Shown: positions 1-13,600 of the stretch, piece by piece
How the letters are laid out: each line of letters begins with the position of its first letter
Numbering within the stretch: the first letter of the stretch is position 1
From: a virus
Lineage: Duplodnaviria > Caudoviricetes
Direction: 5' to 3' (one strand)
Virus record (IMG/VR): IMGVR_UViG_3300017912_003218
Coordinates: 1 to 27,153 of that record
Length of the DNA stretch: 27,153 nucleotides
Notes under the pieces: generated by a model
What the model saw: only the letters and a program-made list of their open reading frames with translations
Told to the model about the DNA's origin: nothing
The model's database searches: none
Translations under genes and position numbers: made by a program

Positions 1-38
1 AAATATGGTGCTACGTTTAGGTTCGTCTGCTGTGGCAT
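1..38 (-). CDS. 5' end (partial) of VrlC/DUF4815-like large virion structural protein
   Basis: ATG at 36-38 gives MPQQTNLNVAPY(F)..., the typical N-terminus of the gene following gp8 in T4-like cyanophages; runs off the window. Confidence 0.75.
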   Translation of the reverse strand, partial: MPQQTNLNVAPY

Positions 39-44
39 AATTCT

Positions 45-1598
45 TTAGAACTGCAAGATAACTTTTATGTCTTCTTTTTGGTTTGACGATCTTGTAATCG
101 AAGGTCTATTATCTACGTATATAATATTACCAGAATGCTGTCTTACCTCTGGGGATGCAACACCTGTAGTGAAATCCATTCCAAGATAATATGTACGATT
201 ATTTATCGTCGTTTTGTTATCGCTAAATGCACTATCAATACTCAAATCTAATCCTGTAGATGGAGTAATTGTTAGTGATCCAGTTCCAGTTGGACTTCCA
301 GTAAAATCTTGCAGTTCATAACCATAAGATGGATTAGTAACTCCAATTCCTGCAGTTGTAAATCCTGCTACCGTTCTATCTTGCCAAAGTTTTAAAACCC
401 CAGTGTTTTGATCATAATTTACGACCCTACCAACTGCAGTAACTCCTGTTCCAACTGTTTGAGTGACAAAAGAATCAGCAGTAAAAGTTGCTTCACTATA
501 TCCAACACCTGTTAGTTTTAAAGCGGTAACTGCACTTACCTTATCTGCTGTTAATACTGATCCTCCGGCTGGGGAGAGTGGATTTTCTACAATACCAATT
601 CTTGAAAATTGATTACCAGTAATAAAATCGGGATTCTCATTATCACTTTCGATTCTAGAATACATTAATACACTATATGCACCAAGTTCCCTATAGATAT
701 CAGCACCGTGACCACCTTGTGGGGGTATAATTACTTCAAATGTCGGTCTGGTTGTTCCTGCTGGAATTCCAGCAGACTCAAAATCAAGAGTTCCAAAAGT
801 ATATCCAGATCCTTGAGCAGATACAGAAACTTCATCAATTTTTGAATCACCGTCAATAGTAACAGTACATTGTGCTCCAGTACCATCACCGCGAATAGGA
901 ACTGCAGTATAAGTTGTATTTGCTGTTCCTAATCCAACCCCACGATTAGTTACTGTTACAATTTTAATAGAACCATCTACAGCATTTTCTCTAACTAAAG
1001 ATGTATCATTACTAGTGCTCCAATCTGTAGGGACTGGCATAAAATCTGTAGAATCAAATTTAGTGATGTCAGAAGGTTTAATAGTGTAAAGATATTTCCA
1101 AATGTATCCGTCACCACTAGTTCCAGCTGCCTTCGGTTCTAAATCAGTAAAAGTTGGTTCATCTAAAGATGGTCTACCAAGAGTATTCTCTGGATTTGTT
1201 CCATTTTGTAAGCAAATATAAACTCTATAGTCACTATTCAAAACATAGAAATTTGAATTATATAAATTGGTAGATCCAGAAACAGGAGCAGTGTTTGACC
1301 TACTATAATCATGACGGTACATATCATAAGTAGTGCCTGAAGACCATCTTCTCTTAGGGACAACCTGCCTTACATCGGTAGAATTGATCCTCTTCATAGC
1401 AATCATTGTGTTCCAATAATCATTCTCCTCATCAAAATTATCTTTTGGTGCAGGAGGAGAATCATTCCATGTAGATAAGTAATCTGTCGGATTTGGGAGT
1501 CCGACAAAAGAATAATAGGAATTACTTGCATTAGCAATTCCTGCAACGAAATTTTTTGCGTTTAATATTCTAACCTGATCAGTTATAATAGCAGCCAT
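45..1598 (-). CDS. gp8: Baseplate wedge subunit gp8 (T4-like), 517 aa
   Basis: Motifs W..GTTYDMYRHDY, YRVYICLQNG, DGYIWKYLYTI, C-terminal SGNIIYVDNRPSITRSSNQKEDIKVILQF; synteny gp25-gp6-gp7-gp8. Confidence 0.93.
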   Translation of the reverse strand: MAAIITDQVRILNAKNFVAGIANASNSYYSFVGLPNPTDYLSTWNDSPPAPKDNFDEENDYWNTMIAMKRINSTDVRQVVPKRRWSSGTTYDMYRHDYSRSNTAPVSGSTNLYNSNFYVLNSDYRVYICLQNGTNPENTLGRPSLDEPTFTDLEPKAAGTSGDGYIWKYLYTIKPSDITKFDSTDFMPVPTDWSTSNDTSLVRENAVDGSIKIVTVTNRGVGLGTANTTYTAVPIRGDGTGAQCTVTIDGDSKIDEVSVSAQGSGYTFGTLDFESAGIPAGTTRPTFEVIIPPQGGHGADIYRELGAYSVLMYSRIESDNENPDFITGNQFSRIGIVENPLSPAGGSVLTADKVSAVTALKLTGVGYSEATFTADSFVTQTVGTGVTAVGRVVNYDQNTGVLKLWQDRTVAGFTTAGIGVTNPSYGYELQDFTGSPTGTGSLTITPSTGLDLSIDSAFSDNKTTINNRTYYLGMDFTTGVASPEVRQHSGNIIYVDNRPSITRSSNQKEDIKVILQF

Positions 1599-1618
1599 TT
1601 TTGACGGACTTTTTTACT

Positions 1619-1626
1619 TATTTATT
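1619..1626 (-). promoter_or_regulatory. T4-type late promoter (AATAAATA)
   Basis: tatttatt on + strand, about 20 nt upstream of the gp8 ATG in a 36-bp intergenic gap. Confidence 0.75.
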
Positions 1627-1634
1627 ACGAAAAA

Positions 1635-4600
1635 TCATCCGAATTTTTTGAACCTAATATATCTGGTCCTATAAACTTTCGATGAAGTAGATATACCCGT
1701 AAATTCATTTGTTCCTATTCCGGACAAGGTGCGTGCTGGATACGAAAGTTCTTTGGTTCTAGCATTTACGATAACTTTGCCCCAAGAGTACTCTCCAAGG
1801 AATGATCCTGTTGAGAATCCAGAAACTCCATTTGGATTTATATTGGTATTCACAGTAACTTTAGCAACACTAGTTGTAACTCCAGCGATTACTTGAGTTG
1901 CTATTCCAACAGAATTTACGACATACGCATTATCAAGGTATTCAGATCCAATTCCAACAATTGTGGTATTATTGGTTCCAAGAGCAGTAATGCTAGTTGA
2001 TGCTGTTCCCAAGTTAGAATTTCTTACTATAAAATGATCTCCAATAGACAATCCGCTTATGGTTACAGCGGTTCCAACCAAATCAGTATCCCTCATTACA
2101 GAGTCTAGAGGAATGTGAAGATGGAACATTAACCCTGTTGAACCAACACCAATAGAAGTGGTTCCTAGTCCAACGATTATTCCAGAATCTCCAGAATAAG
2201 AGGAGACATCACAAGACTCTGTTTGTTGTGCAGGAGGTCCGATAAGAACTAATGGTGGATTAGTATAAGTATATCCAGCACCAGGATTAGTAATAGTAAT
2301 TCCAGTGACAACTCCATTAGAAATTGTTGCTGTTGCAGTCGCTGTTGTAGATCCTATACCAACACTTACATCAGGAGTTGTTGAATATCCAACACCACCA
2401 TCATTAATCGTGATTGAGGTAATAGTTCCAGCAGATGAAACTACAGCAGTTGCTGCTGCTCCAGTAACAACTATTGGATTTACTAACTTTATTCCTTTTT
2501 GAATGGTGTTTCTAAATGTAGGATCTATGTTTTCGTTATTAAGATTAAATAATGGTCTCAATCTATCAACATAGATTATAGTAGAACCAATACCAACAGA
2601 ACTAATAATATTTGCAGTTGGATTGATAACAGGTTCATAAATTTCTCTGTCTTTGCCAACTTCTTGACCATTAATGATCTTATCTTGAGTTTGTCTACAC
2701 CATGTTATTGGTCTTTCAAAAGTAGTATCAGTAACATTACCTGGTCCGAAGTATGGAAGAGTATTGCATTTATCAACATTTGTGATAGAACTAATTGTTC
2801 TAGTATCTTCTTGCTGATATGGTTTTTGACCCAGATCTGGATCATAATTTAAAGTAACTTCATCTCCAAATTTAATAGTTTCAATAACTTCCCTATCAAT
2901 AACATCTAAATCATCTCCGCTTCCTTTATAGAAAACGATATTAAGATTGTCACCAATCTTTAATGGTTCTGAGAAAGTTATTTGAGAACCACCATTAAAC
3001 TGATAAGATTCTCCTGGACGCTGAAGTATTTCATTTACAAATACTAAAAGTAATTGGTCAAGTTCAATCTTTGATCCTTTTGATTTGTTAATAGATATTG
3101 AAACACCAGCTTTGATTAATGGGAAATCAACTCTAGTACCGTCAATAAATTCAGAAACATCATCAAATGTATCAAGAACACCCAAAGACCATCCAGTAAA
3201 TTTGTCACTAATAACTTTTTCTATTTCAACTTCAAATTGGTTTGAGGATGAGAACGATGAAGTGGTAGGAATTCCAGTTGTTCCTCCAATAGCAACCGTT
3301 AATTGCTCACCATTACCATAACCATGTCCTGTATTAGTAATTTCAAAATCAATTACACTAGATCCCTGTCCAACAACAACACTAACTTTAGCTTCTGTTC
3401 CAAGTCCCGTTGTTCCAGAAACATACTCTAATGATAAATTGCTATATGAAAGTGGAGAATCAATTACAACAAAAGGTGGATCTGAATGAGTATATCCAGT
3501 TCCTGGGTTGGTAATAGTAACAGCAGTAATATGACCATCAGTGATAGATGCAGTTCCAATAGCAACTAAATTTGGAGTAGAAAGACTTGTAGTGCCAACA
3601 CTAACATTAACGGTTGTTTGAATTCCAGATCTATATCCAGATCCAGAATTGCCGATAGAAACTGAAGAAATTGTTCCCAATCCAGAAACAATTGCTGTTC
3701 CTCCCGCAGCAACTAAAGGTTGATATCCAAGACCCTCCTGAGATCCAACGGAGACAATTATTCCTCCTTTAGGGAAAGTGGAAACACCAACATCATTTGT
3801 TATTGTTCTAGATGTACCAGTAAAAGTAATAGAGGTGATTCCAGTATTTTCAGAGAGAGTAAAGTTATTTGCTCCTCCAGTAACTTGATATATGTCATTA
3901 ATTAATACAATTGCACCTTCATCACTAATTCCAGTGACATTACTGCCATCAGACTTTAAAGTGAACTGATTTTCAGTACTATTAAATTGATCTGAAATAT
4001 CATCAAAAATGTAGTTTTTATAATATGTTTCATTAGCGGTATCTGCCTGAGCCGTCCTCATGAAACTTCTTCCTTGGAAATTAGAACTAGTTGTTATACC
4101 AGTAAAGTCTCTCTGGTCGGGAGGATTTGTGATAGTTCCAATTGGAGTATTTCCATATGGTGCCTCAACAAAATTCAAAGTATTACCAACAATATTATAA
4201 TTTCCAACGACTTTCGTCACCAAATCACCAGTTGAAAGTCCAGTTTGGATGGTTGTTCCCATCCATCCTCTACGAACTGAAACTGTGTTTGTGGATCCAA
4301 TACCAACACCTTCAATTTTCATTATTTCATCACCAACCTTAAACAGGTCTCCTCCAAAGAATGAAGTTATTCCAGTAAAGTCGATAAGATTATCTGTACT
4401 TACTACATTATCCCCCAAGGTTGTTGTAACTGCAGTAGAGACAACTGGAGATTGAATAAGATTGTCAATGGCAACTAATACTTTTGGATTTTGATTTGTT
4501 GCAGTGAATGTATGAGTTTGATCAATACCAAGGGAACCAAATGAAGTTAAATCAACAATCTTTGGAACAGATTTCAAAGCATCTTCTGCACTTCTGGCAA

Positions 4601-7600
4601 GCTTGATGCTGTTATCATTAACTTTAACTACAAATACTCCGGTTGCTGGAAGTAATGTTGTAGTTACTCCAGCAACTGGGAATGTAGTTTCTCCAATGCC
4701 AAGTGATCCTGTATTCCCAATACCTGGACCAGTGTATGCAATCTGCTCTCCAGTAACATAGAAGTGATTTGGAATTGTAATGGTGTCCGAAACAGTATTG
4801 ATACCAGCTCCAGTAAATGATCTTTCAAAAATGTTATCATTCTTATGAGTTAAATTAAATGATCTCTTAATGTCTCTTTCAGTTCCAGTGTATTCTCCAT
4901 ATCCAGTCTCTATGGTTGCATTATTAAAACTGATTTCATCCTTCGTATCATCTTCGATTCTGAGAGCATTAGTATATACATGAACAGTTGCATCAATTCC
5001 TGCTACAGGAGTAAAGAGAACTTGAGTGGTTGCAGCAAGACCAACAGAGTTGGCAATTACTCTAGATCCAAAAGTTCCAAGACCAGAATGAGTTTGAATA
5101 TTTGCAAACTCAGTATCAAAGGTTCCTCCAGTTGATTCTCCTTCAATATGATCATCTACAACAAAATACTCCAAGAATTCATAACGATCATTTGTAGTAT
5201 CATGAACTTGAATCATGAAGTATCCAGCATCATATCTATCTTCTTCAGTAGAAATATGACTTGGATATTCTGCAACAACATTTTCAGTTGGTGATCCAGA
5301 TGATGCAATATCAGTCATTGTAGATTGCAGTCTGGCATGTTTTAGATCATATGTAGATGTAGAAATACCAGAGGTTATAGATGACAATCCAACAACAATA
5401 GTATTAACTATTGCATTTGTTCCTATTCCTGATGGATGGAAATCAAGTTTGACATTTGAACCATCCAGACGTGCAGTATAAGTTCCAAATCCAGTTGCAC
5501 TCATTCCTCCAGGAGAAGTGGTCAATTTACCATATTCTAGAATAGATACATTTGCTCCATCATGAACAATATTTAATTCCTGTGCTTCAAATTCATTTGA
5601 ATTAAAAGTAGCAGTATTTCCAAAGGATGGATTACTAACATCTGGAGTAATTTCAACAAGAACCTTCAGGGAGTGATATGTATTACCAATACTAACGATG
5701 TTAGCAGTAGTTCCAGAACTTACAATTACACTTTCTGAGTCAATTAAGACTCCTCCAATAGAAGTAGATCCTGTGCTAAGATAGTTGTCGTTTAAATTAT
5801 AAGAAATTATTGCAATATCATAATCATTTACTGATGATTTAGTTGGGAAGAATAACAACTGACCTTCAGAACCAGATATTGAGAAATCGAAAGATCCTTG
5901 ATCATATACAGTTTCTACTCTTGCATATTGATTAAGATAACCAAAAAATCCATCATGAATAAGATCAACTATTAAGGCTTGTCTTTCTTGAGTAAATCTT
6001 TTATCTTTCAGATAAGTAAAATACTTTCTAAATCTAAAATCTCCTAGATTGAAATTATCAAGTATACTAAAAGCAGTTGCTCTGGGATTGCTATTAAACT
6101 CTGAAGAAATATCGTCGATAGAAAGAACTCTATTTCCAAATGACTCTGTAAAATCGGTTAGGATTTTATTATTAAGAGTGATTTCATCGGAAAGAGTTGT
6201 ACCATCTGTAAGAGTTAAACTGTTCTCTGTGGCAATATCAAAATCAAACACACAATTTGTATCAATAAATCCATCCAAACTACTTACAATAGTTACATCA
6301 GTAAATTCCGTAGAAATCCCAACTTGTGCCGGTTGATCCAAATTAGTCGATTCAATTTGAAGATCACTAAACTTTTTATACCCAAGAGTATGATTTACAG
6401 AAGATATAACATCATTCCAATCATCGAATGGAATAGTGCTCTTTAATGAGTATGAGAAATTTTGATAATAGAAACTATCTTGCAATCTCTGTAAATTATC
6501 ATTTAAGAATCCTGAAATATCTTGATTACCACTGAATATCTGAGAAGAAGCATCGGTTTCAAAATAAGATTCATATGAAGTCACTTTTGAAGTAACTCCA
6601 GAAAGTTCCGAAGTAAGTCCTTTTACAATATCTCCTGATACAAAATTATCAGATGAAAGAACTCTAAGAATCTTTGTTGTTCTATCCCAACTTTGAACAA
6701 CACCTTCTTTTTCATTTGTAGTAACTTTCTCTCCACTAAGATAATCAGATGTAGATACTAGTATATCAAAGGTTGGAAAATTCTTTTCTGCTGATACTAC
6801 TCCAGAAGAATTAATAGAATCAAATATACCAGGATTTTCTCCATCGTTTAATTCATCACTTAAACTATAAGTGATTGATCCAAGTCCTCCGAGATTTGTG
6901 GTAATTCCAGTGAGAGTGAACAATTTATAACCATAATCTTTAGAATTATATCCACGAGCTGTTGAACCAATTCCAATACTCGTATTTTCAACTATTACTC
7001 TATCACCAACCTCAAATGGGAATGATGTACTAAATCCAACTGATAGATTTAAAGTTACCTCTTTAGTTACAGTATTAAATCCAACAGTACTAAATCCAAC
7101 TCCATTTGTATTCTTTATTGGTAATACTGTTGGAGTAGCGTTATTAATTCCTCTAGTATTACTTAAAATAGTTACTGTCGAATCTCCTAGAGAATACTTA
7201 GTTGAGAGATCAGTAATTTGATCTCCAGTCTTACCATCAAAGAAGATTAATTCTGGTGCTGAAGAATATCCTCTTCCTCCAGAAATTATATCAATTCTTT
7301 CAACTTTAGCGAAGGCATCTATAGTAAGAATTTGTGGAAGAGATGTACTTGGTTTTAGTGTTTTATCCGTTGGGAAATCATAACCAATGTCTTCAATTTT
7401 TACTTTTTCAATGATTCCAATATCTTCAGTAATAGATACTAAATCTCCCCTTTCTCCTTCAACAGTATTAATGGATAAAATGGAAGGTAACGTACTATAA
7501 TTCTTTCCAGAACTGGTAACTTCTACTTCAGATATTGGACCATTTGTATGAGTACAATCAGTTGTATAAGTTAAATCAGATAAAGTAGACGTGTATGAAT

Positions 7601-10600
7601 CTGCTTCTGGAGTTTCTGGTAGATCAAATGTAAAGAAGTTAGTTCCTGCGATAGAAATTCTTCTGTTTCCATTATAAACACTATTTTGAGTTATTATAGA
7701 ATTGTTATTTAAAACTTCAGAATCTTTTATTATTTCTGATTTTTGTTCAGGGAGAATCGTATTAGAAACTGGATCAAATGAATAGTAAAGTCTTTCTGGA
7801 GTAGTTTGTCCGATAGAAACTTTTACACTAGCAGTGCCAATTCCAGAGGATCCTGTTCTAGAAACACTAAATGTTGATGATGATTGATCAGTTTCCCAAC
7901 GATTTGTATATTTGTCATCAAGATAGAAATTAAGTCTAAATGCAGAATATTGAGTGGATTGTTGAGTAAATCCCAAAGAGGAATCTGAAATATCAAAATC
8001 TAATGTTGAACTTCTATAAACCTTAATGGGAGGATTAATTAACCCAAACTCGCCAAATGATGTGCTCGCAATTCCAACAACATTTGGTATCAAATTGGTT
8101 GAATCATAATAAGTATTGGACAATTTAATATTATCATCATCAACTTTTACAACATAGTAAATCCCATCATTTTGAAGTCCTTGACATGGTGCAGTTGATG
8201 AATGAATTACTTTATCTCCACTTTCATAACCATGATTGGATATACTAATAGTATTAGAAGTGCTGTTAACACCCACAGCACTAAAAGTTTTTATACCAAC
8301 CAATACTCTTCTATGAGTATCATTGTACTTTACAACATATGTTGTTGCAAATGATGGATTAACATTGATATTGACAAAGTGTTCTCCACGAATACCATGA
8401 TTTTCATCTGTTGTTACAGTTACAACTCTCTTTACAATATCACCAGTTATATTACTATAGTTTGTTGCAAAACTATGATTTGCTCCACTACCAATTCCTG
8501 TAAAGAATAAAGTTGTAGTTGTATTTCCTGCTCCAACAAATCCACCAGTAGAACCAAGTCCAACTCTTTGAGTTGCAATACCAATCAAATCATTTGAAAT
8601 TTTAGCAACAAAAAGGTCCTGTCCATCAGATAGAGTTTTAGCTATACCAACACTACCAACTTCATTATAAACAATACCTTGTCCGCCATTTGGAGAATAT
8701 GTTAATACATCGCCTGTTTCCAGTCTATGATTTTTTATATAAAGTGATTTAATAGGAACTCCAAGAGTACTAGACCCGAAAGTTGTTCCAAGACCAACGG
8801 TATTTAATCCAAAAGAACTAAATTGTAATACAGATCCAATTCCAACAGCGGTAGTACCAAGACCTACTGTTTCTGCTGGGTTAAAATATATTTCTCGATT
8901 TCTCTTAAAATCGTATTTTGTTTTAAATCCAGATTTTATTGTAAATCTTCTTGGGTCTTCAGATAAAGTAGATCCAACAGTATGAGATACTCCAACAGTA
9001 CCATCTACTTCTCGAAGAACTTTAAATCTAGAATTAGTTCTATCTACATTTAAAACTTTCACTCTCTCAGTACCAATACTCAAAATATCATTTGGTACAA
9101 TATTTGATGCAATCAAACTTGATGACACATTGAAGAAAGTTACTACTCCAGTGATACTTGTGTTTCCAACAGCAACTCCAGTAGTGCCTAATCCAACAAG
9201 CGAGAATCTCTCACTTGAAACTCCTATCGAATATGATCCCTCGATTTTTGATGATGTCGTAGAGACACCAGTAATATTAACAACATCTAATGATTGGTAA
9301 TTGTGTGGTGATGCTGATTCTATGATATAGGTTCCTTTTTTACTTGAAGGAATTAATTCAACATTGGATAATTTACTTGTAGCAGCACTAATACTATTAA
9401 CAGTTCTTCCTTTTAACCTAGAGATTCTTCCAGCTGCTCCAAATCCAGTTGTGTCGTCAGAGAAGTTTAGAGTATCTCCGACTCTATAATTGTCACCAGA
9501 ACTTTTTACTTCTACTCTAGAAACTCTTCCTCTATTTGTAGATACAATTTTTCCTGTTTGAGATAAATTATTTGGAGAATATATGTAAGGATAATCAACA
9601 TTATCTTCTCTCAAATTATATGAGATTGTATTTCTACACCAGTTATTTGATTCAATATCATAATCATCTTGGTTGGAAGATGTCTTGAAGTTAAACTCAT
9701 TTGGAGTAGAATAATATGAATTTCCTAAAACATATGGAAATTGAGGAAGTTTATAATTTTCAAATAATCCAGAAGATTCTATACTATCGGGATTAACTGT
9801 AACAAAATAAGCATATGTTCCATTTGGATATTCTGGTGTTATACAAAATCTTCCATTATTTCTATCAAGATAAGAATCATCATTATTTTCATGATAGGTA
9901 AAATCTTCTACGAAAAATCCTAATGGAAAAGATGATACTGGCGGACCATCTACACGAGATGAATTAAGTTTGTAACTAGATTTCATCAATGTAACTAATC
10001 CACCATTAACATTAGAATAACCATATGGTCCATAAATTGGGTTTCCATCGTAAGCCCAACCAATAATTGGAGAGTGATCAGTAAATTCTGTTTCTTGAGA
10101 GTTAACTAATTTTAGATCTGGTTTTCCATACAAAGTGTCTCCATTTTCGGAAACAGAATAAATCATTTCCCTTAATGATCTTGGTGCGTACAATGAGTAG
10201 CACTGCAAACCATACTTATCACTCAGTGATTTCTGTAAGACAATATCATCATTTTGAATGACATTATTAGTGTATAATTTTTCAAATAAATTTACTCTCC
10301 ATTTTTGAATCTGAGGGATAAAGGAAAAATCCCTTTCTGAAGTAGATACCTCAATAACTACGTCTCCAGAAACATATCCTTGTCCTTGTTCTATAACCTT
10401 AACTTCACGAAGATGTCCATTTATGATAATTGGAGTTAGAACACATCCAATTCCAGAACTAGATATTATATTTAAATCTGGGATAGATGTATAATTAGAT
10501 CCAATGTTTTCTATAATAACTTCTATGATTCTTCCGTCAGAGGAAACGATAGGTTTAACCTGAGCGTTCTCACCAGATACCACAGATACATTGGGTAATT

Positions 10601-13600
10601 TTTTAAAATTAATAATATTATTAGTTCCATATCCAGATCCATGATCTGATAAATGTACTGAAGTGAGTTCTCCTCTAAAAATAGGTTGAACTTCAGCTTT
10701 GTATGCACTTGATTCAATTCCTGTAACTGTTGCTATTCCAACAGGGCCTTCTACAGTAACAGTTATTGGAGGGTAATTAAAAATTTGAGTTCCTGTGCCA
10801 GTACTGGTTAAATTAACGTACTGTTTTGTCCTATAGAAGAAAGTACTATCAGTAGATCTAATCTCAGATAATTTGAATTGATTATTATCGATTACTGTAA
10901 CATAGTAATCAGTACCATCGTTTAATCCACCAATGGTACTTGTTCCAGCAGAGTATCTTAATGTCTCTCCAGATTTATAATCATGATTTTCTATAGTAAT
11001 GATATCAGATGAAGTATTGATGCCAGTAGAAACAACACTTCTCTTTTTATTTTCATAACCAGTTCCACTATCAACAACGTTTATTGAATCAATGACAAGT
11101 TTTTGTGATACACACTCTAGGATATGTTTTCCAATACCGTGAGAAGATAAAACAACGGTGTTAATACCAGTAATCGCTTGTTCTAAAGTATCATGTAACT
11201 TAATGGTAGTTGCATCAACAACTTGTGCAAAATATGTAGAGTTAGTAGATAATCCACCAACTACTCTTTGATTATTTGGTTTATATACTAACTGTTCACC
11301 ATTTCTAAGTTTGTGATAAGTTGAAAATCCAATAGTAGAAATAGTAGCACCTATAGAAACTTTATCAGAATTTGAATCTGAGAAAAATTCTACAGAATGG
11401 GAAATAAATTTTGTATTTACTAATGCTCTAGCATCTCTTCCATTTCCACCTGTTATTGAAACAATGGGAATATCTGTAAAGTCAAATCCTCTATTAACAA
11501 TCTGCAATTCTCTTAGACTTCCACTAACGGCAAGAAATCCTGTTGCACCAGAACCAACAGCATCTTCTACTTTTAATACAGGAGGATTAACTATATCAAA
11601 ACCATTTCCTGGAGAAGTTACTTCAATTTTTTCTACTTTTCCAGTATGAACTAAATCTTTTGATTTATAGTTTAAAATTTCAACACCGTTAATTAAAATT
11701 CCAGTAGCTCCTGGCGAAGTTTCAACCTTGGCATTATTGTCAATTGGTGTGCTAATTTCTCTGTAAAGTCTTTGCGAATCTATAACTTTACCTTTTGTCT
11801 CTACCAATTCTATGGTATTATCTGTAACGGTAGTTGATGATGGTACAGATACAAAATTTGATGTGTATAAATTAGCTGGAGATTTGGCTAATTTTATATT
11901 ATTATTATCAACCCTAAAAACATAGTAAACTCCTTCACCACCATCGTCTCCACTAAACAATGAAGACTTAATAGAAGTTTCAATGAATTCTTCTCCATCA
12001 ACAGTAAAAGTTGTTTCGGTTTTTTGTGGTGTATAATATACAGATTCTCCTCCATAAAATCCATGATCATTTATGTTTATAGTTTCTCCAAGAAATGTAC
12101 CACCAAACGTTCTTGCAGTTTTTGATGCAATGAACGGTACATCTTTATATGAAGGTAATGAGTTTGATGCAACTAAAATTGAATCTCCATATTGTTTTTT
12201 ATAAACGTTTTGAACATTTGCGTGAAATTTAGAAAGATGGGGAAAAACTGAAGAAGTCACTTTCTTCAGTTTTCTTAATAAAGAATAACTTGATGCAGTA
12301 TTAATAGTTCCAGAGGTTCTAATTGTTACAACTTTATCAGTAATAATATCAAGAACTTCTGCATCTATAGATTCATTCCCAACTATAGCATCAATGGTTA
12401 CAGAATCTCCAAGAAATAAGTAATTTTCTTTGTTTAAAGTTATTTTATAAGTTTTTGGTGAAACATTACTAATTAATTCAATTTTATTAATTAAATATTT
12501 GACTGGATTATTATATAACCAGTTTTTAAACTTAAATGTATTGTCTTCGATACCAAGAGTTTTTATATTAAATTGGTCTCCTGGTTTATAATCAAATATA
12601 CCATCTTGTTTTGAAAATCCAGATAAAACAGATGTAAGACGAACTTCAATGAGATCTTCATCATCAGATGGTTTAATTGAAGCAAAATCTTCCGTACTTA
12701 AAGTATCTCCGTCAATCAAAGTATCTGTAACATTGCTACATCCTAAGAACTGTGTTATTGTCTTAGAGGTATAAGAAACAATACCAACTGTATTTGTAAT
12801 TGCATTTGGATATTTTACGTAGATTTCTCCAGAATTAGGAAATCCGATTGTTGAATCTACATCAATAAAAGTAGATCCAGCGGAAACATTTCCAATTATA
12901 TGAGTTTTTGGTGCAACTTTAAAAGTACCAATAGTTGATCCTAAAGATCTAGAATCTCTGTTATATCCATCATCGAAAGAGAGTTTATAAAAAGTTTTTG
13001 CAGTCCCTGCATTTACTTTTTCAATACCATATATTGAAGTATATGTTTCATCATTATCGCCTTGAAATATAGTTCTACTTTCTAATTCGGAGGGATTTCC
13101 GTTAATTGATTCTACCAAAAAAGTAGAAGTTACTAAATTCCTAGCATTTGAAGGTGTGAACAGATAATCTCTTGGTTTCGTTATTTCAACATTTACGCCA
13201 TAGAGAGCCTTGAATAAAATTTTATAAGACTCATCTGTTCCTTTACTGGTATAAAAGTCTTTTGCCTGCTTTATAAAAACATTTTGATTCAAATTTGAAT
13301 CAAGAGGTCTATCAGATAATCCTGGTAAAATTTGAAGTTTAGTTTTATTTAAAAATTCTTTTAAGAAAAGGCAACTTAAATTTTCAATAGTCGCACCATT
13401 TTTATGTTCAGCTGATGAAGTAGAATTGAAGACAAGATCCCCTGGATTAGCGTCTGCTTTATATGAAGTTACTCCAACAAATCCTCTAATACATCCAGTG
13501 AAAGAAGATGATGTTTTTCCAGTGTAAGTTATTACTTCATCACCTATTTTCAGAAGACCATATGAATCTGGAAAATGATTTGTTCCATCTGGAGACTCTG

